From: an uncultured bacterium
GTDB lineage: Bacteria; SAR324; NAC60-12
DNA: 64,000 nucleotides
Assembly (NCBI GenBank): GCA_965662235.1
Contig: CBFIGY010000001.1
Location: 288,001-352,000 of the forward strand
Direction: 5' to 3'
A program made the position numbers and the translations under genes. Numbering within the stretch: the stretch's first letter is position 1; each line of letters starts with the position of its first letter. Positions 12,031-22,098 of this stretch are shown in pieces. Under the pieces are notes generated by a model. The model did not search any database. It saw nothing but the letters and a program-made list of their open reading frames with translations, and was not told the DNA's origin.

Positions 12031-12636
12031 TCAGGAGGCAGGCTCTCGAACACCTGCCAGTCCCAGCCAGGGTCCCAGGGCTTTCCAGATTTCTGAGCGT
12101 CCTAGCTTGTCCAGTGACGAGTGCTTGAGGGGCGGTTCCGTCAGGTGGAGGGTTTCTCGGATGAGCTTGAGCTGCTTCGGGATGTCGTTCTTGCGGAGCT
12201 TATCGATCTTGTTGGCCACCACGAGGGTGGGACGTTGGTGGAAGTCGAGCCATTCCTTGAGTTGCTGGTCCTGCTTGGTTGGGCCATGTCGACTGTCCAC
12301 AATCAGCACCACCCCTGTCAGCTGCTCCCGTTGCGAGAGGTAGGCTTCAATGAGCTTCCGCCACCCGGCGCTCACGGAGTCAGGCACCTTGGCGTATCCG
12401 TACCCGGGAAGGTCGACGCAGTGAAACTGCTGGTTGATGATGAAGAAGTTGATCAACTGCGTCTTTCCGGGGGTGGCACTGGTTTTGACAAGCCCCTTGC
12501 GGTTAAGCAACGAGTTGATCAGAGTCGACTTTCCAACATTGGAACGACCGGCAAACGCCACTTCCGGAAGCGTGGTTTGAGGAAACTGTCGCGGGGCGGC
12601 AGCGCTGAGGACAAGCTCTGAGCTGGTGACTTTCAC
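12031..12636 (-). CDS. engB: GTP-binding protein EngB/YihA
   Basis: GRSNVGKS, PGKTQLINFF, DLPGYGYA and NKIDK motifs. Confidence 0.96.
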   Translation of the reverse strand: MKVTSSELVLSAAAPRQFPQTTLPEVAFAGRSNVGKSTLINSLLNRKGLVKTSATPGKTQLINFFIINQQFHCVDLPGYGYAKVPDSVSAGWRKLIEAYLSQREQLTGVVLIVDSRHGPTKQDQQLKEWLDFHQRPTLVVANKIDKLRKNDIPKQLKLIRETLHLTEPPLKHSSLDKLGRSEIWKALGPWLGLAGVREPAS

Positions 12637-13691
12637 GAAGGATCCTTTTCAGGCTTGGAAGCCGGGCCTTCGCCCTCTGGTTGAGAAGTGGAGTCTCCGT
12701 TGGAGGCCTCTGGCTTGGGAGCCTCCGGGGGGGTCGCAGGAGAAGCTTCTGGCGCCTCTGGGGTCGCTGCAGAATCCGGGCTCTCTTGAACGTGAGAAGC
12801 CGCTTCGGAAATTTCCACAGTGTCTTCAGCAGCCGTTGAGGTCCGCAAAGAGGCACCAAAGAGCTGCTGCGAGGCTTGGTCTAAGGCTTGAAGTGGAAAC
12901 TCTGGTTCGCGATGTGCGAGGTCAAAGTACAACAACGCCGAGAGCAATGCGGCAAAGGGAGAGAAGAGCAACGCCGTCAGGTGCTGCGCCCAGCTGATGG
13001 ACTGCAGGAACCCGGAGCTGGTGAGCAGTTGCTCCAGCATCGACACTTGTTGCTCGTCCATTTCCATGCTCAAATTCTGAGCGGGCTCAAGGCTTGGAAG
13101 AAAGAGCTGAAGGACCAAAAACAAGATTCCGATTTGCACCGCGTAGCTGAACAGGGTAACACTAAACACTCGGGGCAGGTTGTGACGAACCAGTCGGAAG
13201 CTCCGGACCAGTGCCTGCATCCCACGTAAGCCCTCAACGGCAAACACCTGCTGAGCCAGCGCAAAGAAGAAGTGACTGAGCATCCAGAAGGCGACCAGCA
13301 GGAAGTTCATGGGAAACGGAAGCATGACTCCGGTCAGTCCCAGAAAGCGGATCATGTACAGCAGGACCGCAATGTGGAGCGCGCCAAAGAACATCCGGGA
13401 GCGCAGGAGGTTCAGCAGCTTGCCGGTGGGAAACACGGTTCCAGCAGCCAGGGCAATCACTCCGAGGGTCATGGTGGCCTCCAAGACGCCCATCATGAGT
13501 GTCATGGCCAGCTGCTCCAGCTGGAAAAGCGAGCCTTCATCTGCTTGCATGCCCCCCAAGATGGCCAGCAGCATGGAAGGCACCAGCAGGACCAGGGTCA
13601 GGGTCAGCATGGCCAGCCAGTGGTTCTGATAAAGCCGGAAGCTGATGCGAAGAAGCGTGCCAAACGAGTGCGGGTAAGTCAGGAGGTTCAT
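12633..13691 (-). CDS. Polytopic membrane protein with Pro/Ala/Glu-rich C-terminal tail
   Basis: About 6 hydrophobic segments, ALVRSFRLV and LLYFDL motifs typical of a generic membrane-domain family; stop overlaps the engB start. Confidence 0.7.
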   Translation of the reverse strand: MNLLTYPHSFGTLLRISFRLYQNHWLAMLTLTLVLLVPSMLLAILGGMQADEGSLFQLEQLAMTLMMGVLEATMTLGVIALAAGTVFPTGKLLNLLRSRMFFGALHIAVLLYMIRFLGLTGVMLPFPMNFLLVAFWMLSHFFFALAQQVFAVEGLRGMQALVRSFRLVRHNLPRVFSVTLFSYAVQIGILFLVLQLFLPSLEPAQNLSMEMDEQQVSMLEQLLTSSGFLQSISWAQHLTALLFSPFAALLSALLYFDLAHREPEFPLQALDQASQQLFGASLRTSTAAEDTVEISEAASHVQESPDSAATPEAPEASPATPPEAPKPEASNGDSTSQPEGEGPASKPEKDPS

Positions 13692-13770
13692 TCAGTTCCA
13701 ATCAATTTGTTGCGGATCATTAGGGGACGCGATGAAAAACACTTTACCAAACCTACAGTTTTCATGACAA

Positions 13771-14772
13771 GTGGAAGCATCTGAACGGATCCTCTTAGAT
13801 GAAACCGATTTACTGGTTGAGAACCTTCAGCAGGAGGTCTCTCGTCTTCGAGAAGAGCTGAGTTCCCTTCAGCGAGAGGCTCGGTATCGGCTAGAAGAAG
13901 AGCGAGAGCAGCACCGTCGGGTTCTGAAAGAGGAGCGGAGCTCAATTGAAGAGCGCCTGCGTGCGCAGCAGCAGCGGTTTGCGGAAGAGTTGGCCGAGCA
14001 GCACAAGCTGTTCCGGACGCTTCAGGAGCGCGTGGCCTCCTATGAAGCTGCGACGCACACGGACAGTCCTCAGGTGCTGATGGAAAACCACCCCAGCCAG
14101 GCCCTGGGGCACCTCCTGCTGCGCTTGGATCCGCAGCTGGTACGCATCAGCGAGCAGCTGACCCGAGCCGGACTCAAGGAGGCGCATCCGGATGCCGTTG
14201 GCTTGCTACACGCATGCCGCAAGGAAACCGAACACACCCTCCAGCAGGTTCGACGCCTGCAAAGCTACACTGAAGACTGGGAGCATGCTCCGGAACTGCA
14301 TCGTGTAGAAGTGGACCTGTTGGTCTTCTTCAAGGAGCTGGCACGTCAGCAAAACTGGATGGGCCAGAACGTACGGCTCTTCGCCTCTCCCAAGCTCCCG
14401 CAGGTGGCTTATTTTGATGAGTCGTTGCTCCGGGAAGCCCTCCTGACACTGCTGAAGCAGATCCACCTGTTTGTCCCAGAGGCTCCGGTCCGGATCACCC
14501 TCAAGCGCAGCCAGGTTCCTGAGACTGAGATTCCTCGGATGCACGTCCTGCTGATCAGCGATCAGTCTTGGAAGTTTCTGGAGTCCAGCCCCCTGCGTTC
14601 CCTTCTGCAAGAGGCCTTGTCTCGTTCCGAGTTGCTGGGGCTGGACTTCTTAGTTGCCTACCGCTACATCACCCAACACGAAGGCGCCCTCCACTTTCTT
14701 GAGGAAGGCGGCGACGTGGTTGGGTTTGAGGTCCTCATTCCTCTGCTGGACCCTCCGGACTCGGAGGAGTAA
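13771..14772 (+). CDS. Coiled-coil protein with degenerate histidine-kinase-like C-terminal domain
   Basis: E/R/Q-rich heptads in the N-terminus; C-terminus FDESLLREALLTLL...LLGLDFLVAYRYITQHEGAL...GFEVLIP follows HATPase_c topology. Confidence 0.6.
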   Translation: MEASERILLDETDLLVENLQQEVSRLREELSSLQREARYRLEEEREQHRRVLKEERSSIEERLRAQQQRFAEELAEQHKLFRTLQERVASYEAATHTDSPQVLMENHPSQALGHLLLRLDPQLVRISEQLTRAGLKEAHPDAVGLLHACRKETEHTLQQVRRLQSYTEDWEHAPELHRVEVDLLVFFKELARQQNWMGQNVRLFASPKLPQVAYFDESLLREALLTLLKQIHLFVPEAPVRITLKRSQVPETEIPRMHVLLISDQSWKFLESSPLRSLLQEALSRSELLGLDFLVAYRYITQHEGALHFLEEGGDVVGFEVLIPLLDPPDSEE

Positions 14773-16294
14773 CCGGCTTCCGGCTATAGGTTCGGGTGAT
14801 GAGCCGCAACCAGTCGGCGGGAACCCGTTCTAAGTCTCCCTCCTGATAACGCCACCTCCAGTTGGCTCCTCCAACGGTTCCCGGAGTGTTCATGCGGGCC
14901 TCGGTTTCCAAACCCAGTAGGTCCTGAAGGGGCACCAGCGCCAGCTGAGCGGTGGTCGCCCAGGTGGTCCGGATCAGCTCGTAGCAAACGTTGTCCTCGT
15001 GTACGTCTCGGCTGAGGTAGTGGTTGAGGAACTCCCGCTGCGAAGCCTCCAGCGTCCGGAACCAGCCCAGAAGGGTATCGTTGTCATGGGTGCCCGTGTA
15101 GGCAACCGAATCGGTCCCCTGAATGTTGTGAGGCAGGTAGAGGTTGTCTGGATCGGAAAACGCAAACTGCAGGATCTTCATTCCTGGAAACTCGCACTGT
15201 TGCCGCAGGGCATGCACTTCGGGAGTGATGAGCCCCAAGTCTTCAGCAATCACCGGCAGCTTTCCCAGGTCCTGCTGAACCCGCTTGAAGAAGGAAAACC
15301 CGGGCCCGGGCTTCCAGTGACCGCGGATGGCGGTTGGTTCAGAAACAGGAATTTCCCAATACGACTCGAATCCTCGGAAGTGGTCGATACGGATGAGATC
15401 GAACTGACTCAGGAGGCTTCCCAGCCGTTGCCGCCACCAGAGGAATCCGGTCTTTGCCAGTTTGTCCCAGCAGTACAGAGGATTTCCCCACCGCTGTCCG
15501 GTTTCGCTGAAGTAGTCCGGAGGCACCCCAGCAATGACCGTCGGTTGTCCAGAGGCATCCAGCTCAAACAGTTCCGGATGCGCCCAGACGTCTGCGCTCT
15601 CATGAGACACAAAAATCGGCAGGTCGCCTATGATCCGGATGCCCTGCTGGTTCGCATGCTCCTTCAGGGCACGCCACTGTTCAAATCCCACCCACTGCAC
15701 AAAACGCTGAAAGTCCAAGGCCTCAGCCTGTTCGGTCCGGAAGGTCCGCATGGCGGTGATGCGTCGCTTCCGGGAGCCTTCGGGCCACTGCGTCCAGGAA
15801 CCCTCACCGTGCAGTTCCTTGAGGACCATGAAGGCGGCATAGTCTTCCAGCCAAAAGGCCTGCTCCTCACACCACTGGGTCCACGCCTGTTGATCGGAAT
15901 CGGAGCGGTTTTGCTGAAACTGAACAAAGGCTTCCCGGAGCAGCTGCGCCTTCCGGGCCTCGGCTTCAGCAAACTGAGCCGCTTCGGCTGGAAGAGGCTC
16001 AAAGGCTTCTAGGGTTTCTGGCGCAAGCCACCCTGCGTCCACCAGCTTTTCGGGACTGATCAGCATGGGGTTGATGGCAAAGGCGGAGGGGCTTTGGTAA
16101 GGCGAGTAGCCGAAGCCAACGGGGCCGAGCGGGAGCACCTGCCAGAGCGTCTGATGCCACTCCGCCAGCTTTTCAACAAACTGGAAGGCCGCAGGTCCCA
16201 GGTCACCCACGCCATGTGGGCCAGGCAGAGAAGTCGGGTGCAGCAAAACTCCGGAGCAGCGCTCCTGAAACCAAGAAGGGGTGGAATGTGGCAT
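14735..16294 (-). CDS. malQ: 4-alpha-glucanotransferase (amylomaltase, GH77)
   Basis: SGVLLHPTSLP, GVPPDYFS, RIDHFRGF, IAEDLG and YTGTHDNDT motifs. Confidence 0.96.
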   Translation of the reverse strand: MPHSTPSWFQERCSGVLLHPTSLPGPHGVGDLGPAAFQFVEKLAEWHQTLWQVLPLGPVGFGYSPYQSPSAFAINPMLISPEKLVDAGWLAPETLEAFEPLPAEAAQFAEAEARKAQLLREAFVQFQQNRSDSDQQAWTQWCEEQAFWLEDYAAFMVLKELHGEGSWTQWPEGSRKRRITAMRTFRTEQAEALDFQRFVQWVGFEQWRALKEHANQQGIRIIGDLPIFVSHESADVWAHPELFELDASGQPTVIAGVPPDYFSETGQRWGNPLYCWDKLAKTGFLWWRQRLGSLLSQFDLIRIDHFRGFESYWEIPVSEPTAIRGHWKPGPGFSFFKRVQQDLGKLPVIAEDLGLITPEVHALRQQCEFPGMKILQFAFSDPDNLYLPHNIQGTDSVAYTGTHDNDTLLGWFRTLEASQREFLNHYLSRDVHEDNVCYELIRTTWATTAQLALVPLQDLLGLETEARMNTPGTVGGANWRWRYQEGDLERVPADWLRLITRTYSRKPVTPPSPEGPAEE

Positions 16295-16454
16295 GGCTTT
16301 GAGAGAAGGAGGCGATCAGTCGAAACAATGAGGAGTGGACTTCAGGCGCAACGGTGGGGCGCTCTGTTGAATTTGTTTGAATCAGGATACCGGAAAGGAA
16401 GGAGACCAGCCAGTGGCAGGAAGGAGGCAGGCGAGAAACCTGCCTGCACTAGGG

Positions 16455-17195
16455 TTACATGTCTTTTGAGTACTTGAAGGCAAACCCGACGTTGTAGTTC
16501 TTCGTTTCAAACGTCTCACCCCCCACGCTGATCTTGCCCTCAGAGAGTTCCTTAAAGAGGTCAAAGTGGAAGTTGCTTCGCTTGTCAGCTGACGGGATGA
16601 TGTAGGACCCTCCGAACGCGTACACGGTTCCATCGTAAGTCGCGGTTTCTCGGGTAAAGCGCTGGCCACTGTCGTTCTCTCCGGTGAGGAAGAAGTCGAA
16701 GTCTGGCGTCAGCACCTTGGTGACCTTGCCAAAGGGGTAGAAACCCAGCACCTGAATGGGACCTTTCTCTAGGGCCAACTCCAGTTCGCCTCCGTAAAGA
16801 AGAGTGGTGCCGTCTAGGGCCGTATTGGCCGTCTCCGCTTCCAGCGTCAACAGGCCCCCAATCACCCCGTAGCGCAGCACTAGGGACTGATCGAAGAGGG
16901 AAAACTGTCCACCATATCCAAGGCGGAGCATGCCAATGACCGGAGTCATCTGGTCGTAGAATTTGTCGGAGGTGGCATTGTCGTATCGCGAATCAATGTC
17001 AGAAACCGACGAGCAGGTCGAAGGATCTGAGACCTTGTCAAAGGCACAGAAGTCAACACTGTCAGAGGTGGTTCCGAACTTGGTTAAGGTGGCAAGGGAA
17101 CCAGAGTTTGCCGTGTACGTGAGGCTCAGGTAATCGGCCTGAGCCCAAGGGACCAAACTTAGGAGGCCGATTAGGAAAATTCCAAGTTGCTTCAT
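16455..17195 (-). CDS. Exported hypothetical protein, probable small beta-barrel
   Basis: Signal peptide MKQLGIFLIGLLSLVPWAQA, Gly/aromatic-rich strands, C-terminal YNVGFAFKY. Confidence 0.6.
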   Translation of the reverse strand: MKQLGIFLIGLLSLVPWAQADYLSLTYTANSGSLATLTKFGTTSDSVDFCAFDKVSDPSTCSSVSDIDSRYDNATSDKFYDQMTPVIGMLRLGYGGQFSLFDQSLVLRYGVIGGLLTLEAETANTALDGTTLLYGGELELALEKGPIQVLGFYPFGKVTKVLTPDFDFFLTGENDSGQRFTRETATYDGTVYAFGGSYIIPSADKRSNFHFDLFKELSEGKISVGGETFETKNYNVGFAFKYSKDM

Positions 17196-17389
17196 GGGAA
17201 ATACCCCTATTGGAGAAACATGCAGGAGCCTACTCAGGCTCAACACGGTTGGGATAGTCTACTATTCGGCATTTTCTCACAAAACTTTAGTTGGTTCCGG
17301 GAAAGAAACCGACGCCCTCAAAATCGCTAGCATCCACAGAAGGGGCCCGCTACCCTGAAGGAGCACATTTTTTGAGAGGGAGCGTTGCA

Positions 17390-17788
17390 ATGAAAGGACT
17401 ATGGGGAGGCATCCTGATGCTCTGGGCCGGGACCCTGAGCGCTGCGGAGTTTTACTGCCAAACAGAGTTTTACTTGGGGTTCAATTCTCAGGAAGATGGC
17501 ACTGTCACAACGTATCGTCTGCTTTCGGACAACCGGTACATCCTGAACACGGAGAAGGAACAACTGGCTGTGTTCCGTCCCAATGATGACACCGACCTGT
17601 GTGCAAGCTCCTTTCACGACTGGGAGGTTGGCATCTTCCAGTGCCTGAGGAAGAGTGAAAACGACCAGACGCTGACGGGGTATGTTTCCTTCAACCCCAA
17701 GAACCTGAAGTTTTCTGTGATGTCTCTGGAAAAGGTGGGATACGAAACCCTCCACGGGGGGCTCTGTCGCAAGGTGGAGGGTTTGTAG
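17390..17788 (+). CDS. Small exported hypothetical protein (4 Cys)
   Basis: GAGGGAG RBS before ATG 17390; signal peptide MKGLWGGILMLWAGTLSA; converges on the hydrogenase operon. Confidence 0.6.
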   Translation: MKGLWGGILMLWAGTLSAAEFYCQTEFYLGFNSQEDGTVTTYRLLSDNRYILNTEKEQLAVFRPNDDTDLCASSFHDWEVGIFQCLRKSENDQTLTGYVSFNPKNLKFSVMSLEKVGYETLHGGLCRKVEGL

Positions 17789-17790
17789 CG

Positions 17791-19107
17791 TTACTTCTGC
17801 GGAAGTCGCAGGTCAATCAGGTGGGTGGAGCAGGAGATGCACGGATCGTACGCCCGGGCCAAGCGTTCCAGGTTGGCCTTGAGCAGGGTTTCTCCTCCTT
17901 CGCGGTCGTCCTCGAGCCACTTCTGCACCGTCTGGTGGATGTCAGCCTCAATCTGCGCCAGGTTCTGCGCTGTTGGGGTGACAATGTCCGCATCCACCAC
18001 CACACCGCTGGTGTTGAGGGTGTAGCTGTGAAAGAGCGTCCCGCGCGGAACCTCCATGGCAGCAGTCCCAGTCCGGTTTTCCTTTGGTAAAGAGATCGTC
18101 GGGGCTTCCGGAGGCGCTGAGAGCTGGCCGAGCTCCTGACACAGTTCAATCGTCTGCTCGCAGCAGTGGACCAACTCAATGAACTGGCCGGCGTTGTTCA
18201 GCAGGGGATTGGGAGGCACTTGCTCGCCAAAGAGGCGGTCGGCGACCCGAGCGGCTTCTCCCTTCAGCTGACCCCGGTGGTGCGTCAGCCGAGCAAGCGA
18301 GCCCACCATGAAGGGTTGGTCTGAGTAAAGGGACTGCTTTGCCGTGGAGTGCTTGACCACGCTCTCATTGACAAACTTTCGGAAATCCGAGACCGGAACG
18401 GCTTCTTCGGTGCTCGCATGAATCGTGTGACCAATGCCCAGCCCCAGCGCGTTTCGTTCTGGCCCCAGCGCGACAAAGGTCCGGTCCGACTCTGCAAAGC
18501 TCGGGTTTTCCAGTGAGGCCACCAGCGGCTCCATGCCTTCCAGAATCCGGAGGCAGGCTTCAGCCTCCTTGCGGATCTCATCAAACACCTTCCTGGCGGG
18601 CCACGTTCCCACGCCACCAACCAGCATGTTGACCGGGTGAATGGCGCGTCCGCCGATGCGTTCCTGAATCAGGTTGCCGAACTTCTTCAGCCGCAGTGCT
18701 CCCTTGACCTCATCTCCATGCTGCTGCTGCATGTCCAGCACGCTGGGCAGCCCCAGATAATCTGGAACCGCCAGCATGAAGAAGTGCAGGGCGTGCGACT
18801 CAATCATTTCTCCGTGATTGAGGAGGTCCCTCAAGCGCAGCACCGGTTCAGATACCTGAACCTGCAGGGCGTCCTCCAGCGCCGTGATGGAGCAGAGGGC
18901 GTGTGCTGCAGAGCAGATGGCACAGACGCGACAGACAATGCCGGGCACCTCTCGATACGGGTGCCCCCGGAGGAGCGCCTCATAGAAGCGGGATCCTTCA
19001 AAAATGCCCATCTGACAGGAAACCTGATCCTGCTCATCCAATGTGACCTGAATGCCCCCATGCCCTTCGACACGATAGAGGTGGGGAATCTCAATGACCT
19101 GTCCCAT
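17791..19107 (-). CDS. Group 3b [NiFe]-hydrogenase (sulfhydrogenase-type) large/alpha subunit
   Basis: RVEGHG, L1 RVCAIC..H, EVPRGTLFH, L2 DPCISCSTH with a short C-terminal extension. Confidence 0.92.
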   Translation of the reverse strand: MGQVIEIPHLYRVEGHGGIQVTLDEQDQVSCQMGIFEGSRFYEALLRGHPYREVPGIVCRVCAICSAAHALCSITALEDALQVQVSEPVLRLRDLLNHGEMIESHALHFFMLAVPDYLGLPSVLDMQQQHGDEVKGALRLKKFGNLIQERIGGRAIHPVNMLVGGVGTWPARKVFDEIRKEAEACLRILEGMEPLVASLENPSFAESDRTFVALGPERNALGLGIGHTIHASTEEAVPVSDFRKFVNESVVKHSTAKQSLYSDQPFMVGSLARLTHHRGQLKGEAARVADRLFGEQVPPNPLLNNAGQFIELVHCCEQTIELCQELGQLSAPPEAPTISLPKENRTGTAAMEVPRGTLFHSYTLNTSGVVVDADIVTPTAQNLAQIEADIHQTVQKWLEDDREGGETLLKANLERLARAYDPCISCSTHLIDLRLPQK

Positions 19108-19109
19108 GC

Positions 19110-19940
19110 TTATGCTGACTCAGAAGAGGAAATGCGTTGACGTCCGCGACGTTCCGGGTCCTGAGCCCATTCCCGTCGCAAGTGGTGATTGACCCAAGCG
19201 GGCGCTGAGTAGCGCTGAATCTGATCAATGACATCCGCTTTGGAAAGCCCGTGCTCGCTGAAGAGCTGGGCGGTGGCATCATAGTGCGGCTCGTCCACAG
19301 GGCCTCGGCACCCGTAGCAGGGCACCCCGAGGCTGGGACAACGGGCCTTGCACCCTCCAGCGCTGATGGGACCGCAGCAGACAATCCCTCGGGTCTTGAC
19401 CAGACAGAGGTTTTCCGCAATGCGGCATTCGGAACAGACCGAGTAGTCGTGCCGTTCCGGGGTGGTGCGCTGCAGGATGGCAATCAGGGTCCGGAGGAAC
19501 TCCTCCTTTTCAATGGGACAGCCTGGGACGGCAAAGTCCACTGGCACAAAATCACTGACAGGGTGGGCCTGATCGAGGTTGACCTCGTCGAGGTCCTTGC
19601 CCTGATAGACCAGTTGGTGAAGCAGCTCAAGGGGCAACTCGTTGCGCATCGCCGGAATCCCTCCCCAGACGGCGCAGGTGCCAATGGCCAACAGGTTCTC
19701 GGCATGGGACCGGACGTTGAGCAAGAGGTCCAAGTCCCGCTGGGTGCAGACGGAGCCTTCGACAATGGCGAGGTCCAGGCGTTCTTCCAGCCCCTCTGCA
19801 GAAGAGGCCATGCCAAATTTGATGATCTCAATCCGACTGGCCAGATCCACCAGCTCGTCTTCACAGTTGAGGATGACCAGCTGGTCTCCCGCACAGCCGG
19901 TCAGGCCAAAGATTCCGACACGGGGTTTGATTCGCTTCAT
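19110..19940 (-). CDS. Group 3b [NiFe]-hydrogenase small/delta subunit
   Basis: GCAGD, VEGS, IGTCAVWGG, PGCP, SVCSEC, CCGP and CYGCRG Fe-S motifs. Confidence 0.9.
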   Translation of the reverse strand: MKRIKPRVGIFGLTGCAGDQLVILNCEDELVDLASRIEIIKFGMASSAEGLEERLDLAIVEGSVCTQRDLDLLLNVRSHAENLLAIGTCAVWGGIPAMRNELPLELLHQLVYQGKDLDEVNLDQAHPVSDFVPVDFAVPGCPIEKEEFLRTLIAILQRTTPERHDYSVCSECRIAENLCLVKTRGIVCCGPISAGGCKARCPSLGVPCYGCRGPVDEPHYDATAQLFSEHGLSKADVIDQIQRYSAPAWVNHHLRREWAQDPERRGRQRISSSESA

Positions 19941-20857
19941 CGCCAGCCTCCTAAGTAAGGATCTTCTTTACCAGAGGGAGGCTGCCAGGCTTCCCTCAGT
20001 CCCCGGGCTTCCCAGACGGAGAAGACCGGTCCATCGGTGCAGGTGTAACGGTACCCGATGGCACAGTGGCCACACTTCCCAATGGCGCACTCCATCCGCC
20101 GTTCCAGACTGACGTAGATGTGCTCTGGAAAGACCTGCATCTCCCGGAGCCGATCCGTCACGTACCCGTACATCACAGGCGGTCCACAGATGGCAAATCG
20201 GGTCTTGGACTGCTCCAGCGGTAGGGTTGCCAGGAGGTCCAGCAGGTTGCCCTGAATGAGCGGCAGCCCCTGTGCCGATTCGTCTCGAGCAGGCAGGCGG
20301 TCGCAGGCCAAGTGCACCTGAACCCCTCCGGACTGGTTGATCTGCTTGAGGACTTCTGGATAGAGCAGCTGTCCCACCGCCCGGGTGCCGTACAGCAGAT
20401 GAACCTCTTCGCCGAAGCGCTCTCGGTAGAGATTGGCGTACTCCAGCAGCGATCGAAGCGGGGCCATGCCCAAGCCTCCGGCCATCATCACTAGGCTGTT
20501 GCCATGAAGGTCGTCCAGCGGAAAGCCCCTTCCGTAGGGCCCCCGGAGTCCCACTCGGGCGCCTGGGGTGAGGTCAAACAGGGCTCGGGTGACACGACCC
20601 ACGCGACGGATGGTCAGGTGCAGCTCGCGCTCCTCTGCTGGAAGAGCCGCCGAAACCGGGGCATGGCAGATGGAGATGGGCACCTCTCCCACGCCGATGA
20701 CGGAGAGCATGACAAATTGGCCAGGACGGTGATTGGATCCATCAGGCCCCGTTTCTCCTGGCTTGAGGCGGAAGCGGAACATCATGTGGTCCGGCAGGAG
20801 CTCCTCCTTGCCTACCAGCCACGCGGTGCTGGGCAGCATCGGATCACGGGCCGGCAT
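19937..20857 (-). CDS. Group 3b hydrogenase gamma subunit (FAD/NAD(P)-binding, 2Fe-2S)
   Basis: PGQFVML, GEVPISI, RGPYGRGF, GGLGMAP, CGPP and ERRMECAIGKCGHC motifs. Start uncertain (ATG 20857 or GTG 20911). Confidence 0.88.
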   Translation of the reverse strand: MPARDPMLPSTAWLVGKEELLPDHMMFRFRLKPGETGPDGSNHRPGQFVMLSVIGVGEVPISICHAPVSAALPAEERELHLTIRRVGRVTRALFDLTPGARVGLRGPYGRGFPLDDLHGNSLVMMAGGLGMAPLRSLLEYANLYRERFGEEVHLLYGTRAVGQLLYPEVLKQINQSGGVQVHLACDRLPARDESAQGLPLIQGNLLDLLATLPLEQSKTRFAICGPPVMYGYVTDRLREMQVFPEHIYVSLERRMECAIGKCGHCAIGYRYTCTDGPVFSVWEARGLREAWQPPSGKEDPYLGGWR

Positions 20858-20891
20858 GCGCTTCAAAGAGGGGGGGACGGATCGGGTGAGT

Positions 20892-21935
20892 TCAGCGTTC
20901 GCAGCTTCCACGGACTTTCGCAAAGACTTGGGTGATGTCAATTCCAGCGGTGCAGGCATCCACGCAGCGGCCACACCCTGTGCAGGAGGGCATCCCGAAC
21001 TGCTCGACGAAGCCCTGCTCCTTGTGATAGTAACGGTTGCTGACGCGCGCCGCACGATCCGGACGCATCAACTCATCTCCCGCAATGCGGGTGAAGTCTC
21101 GAAACAGGCACGAATCCCACCGCCGGACCCGCTCTCCGCTTTCTCCAGAGAGGTCGGTGCGGTCAAACACCGTGAAGCAGGTGCAGGTGGGGCAGACCAT
21201 GCTGCAGGCGCCACAGGCAAAGCACGAGTCCCCGAGTTCCTTCCAAGCGGGGCTGTCTTCTTCAAAACGGAGCAGCTGAGGAAGGTCGCTGATGGGCAGG
21301 ACGCGGTTGAACGAGTTCCGCCGGACCTCCAGCTTCTTCTGGTGCTCGACAATCTGACCGCGCTGAATGTGCTCAAACAGGTCCCGGTCCAGGTGGACCA
21401 GCGAGTGACCTGCCGGGGTCCGGACCATGGTTACAAAGCCGTCTTCGATTTCCCAGAGGAAGAGGTCATAGACGTCTTCAATGTGATCGGTTCCGGTGCT
21501 GGGGCAGAAGCACTTTTCGTCCGGCATGCAGCCCAACCCAATGATCCGGGCGCCTTCTCTTCGGCGCTCGTAGTGGTAGTCACCGTAGCCGTCGGTGAAG
21601 AACTTGTCGGTCACCCGCAGCCCATGCAGCTCACAGGGGTGGGGGCCAAACAGAATGGGGGGCGCCTCTTCCAGAGGAGCTTCCTGGTAGCCGTCTTGTT
21701 CCGTGTAGGTAGAAAGCACCTCTTCAGCAGGGAAGAAGTACTTCTTCAGCGGAAGTGCCGTCCTGAGGAACTCCAGCGCCACCTCCTCCGGACCCTGAAG
21801 GTCGGCATACTCGGTGTAGCGGTACTGTCCTTCTCCAGAGGCAGCAGGAACAACCAAGCGTCCCTCGGCGTGAAGGGCTTCCAGAAACGGAGCCAGGTTG
21901 GCTTTGGGGAGAAAAAGAATTTCCATTGGCGTCAA
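20892..21935 (-). CDS. Group 3b hydrogenase beta subunit (4Fe-4S, AsrA-like)
   Basis: CFACGACSMVCPTCTC, RRWDSC and CTGCGRCVDAC motifs. Start may be ATG 21926. Confidence 0.9.
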   Translation of the reverse strand: MTPMEILFLPKANLAPFLEALHAEGRLVVPAASGEGQYRYTEYADLQGPEEVALEFLRTALPLKKYFFPAEEVLSTYTEQDGYQEAPLEEAPPILFGPHPCELHGLRVTDKFFTDGYGDYHYERRREGARIIGLGCMPDEKCFCPSTGTDHIEDVYDLFLWEIEDGFVTMVRTPAGHSLVHLDRDLFEHIQRGQIVEHQKKLEVRRNSFNRVLPISDLPQLLRFEEDSPAWKELGDSCFACGACSMVCPTCTCFTVFDRTDLSGESGERVRRWDSCLFRDFTRIAGDELMRPDRAARVSNRYYHKEQGFVEQFGMPSCTGCGRCVDACTAGIDITQVFAKVRGSCER

Positions 21936-22098
21936 TTCAAAGGTTCACACTCACAGGAGCACCATACCGGACGGGCGTCCACCGCAACATCGGTAGTTTC
22001 CCTAGGTATGTTTGCGGGTAACTCTAAACGCTTCCGGACGCTATGATCAAGGCAAGTGCACCGTTCTTATTAAAAAGCTAACTCATGGAGGGGGTTCT

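Noticed and set aside
20733..22046. 437-aa plus-strand ORF
   Set aside because: Antisense shadow of the hydrogenase beta gene; no motifs.
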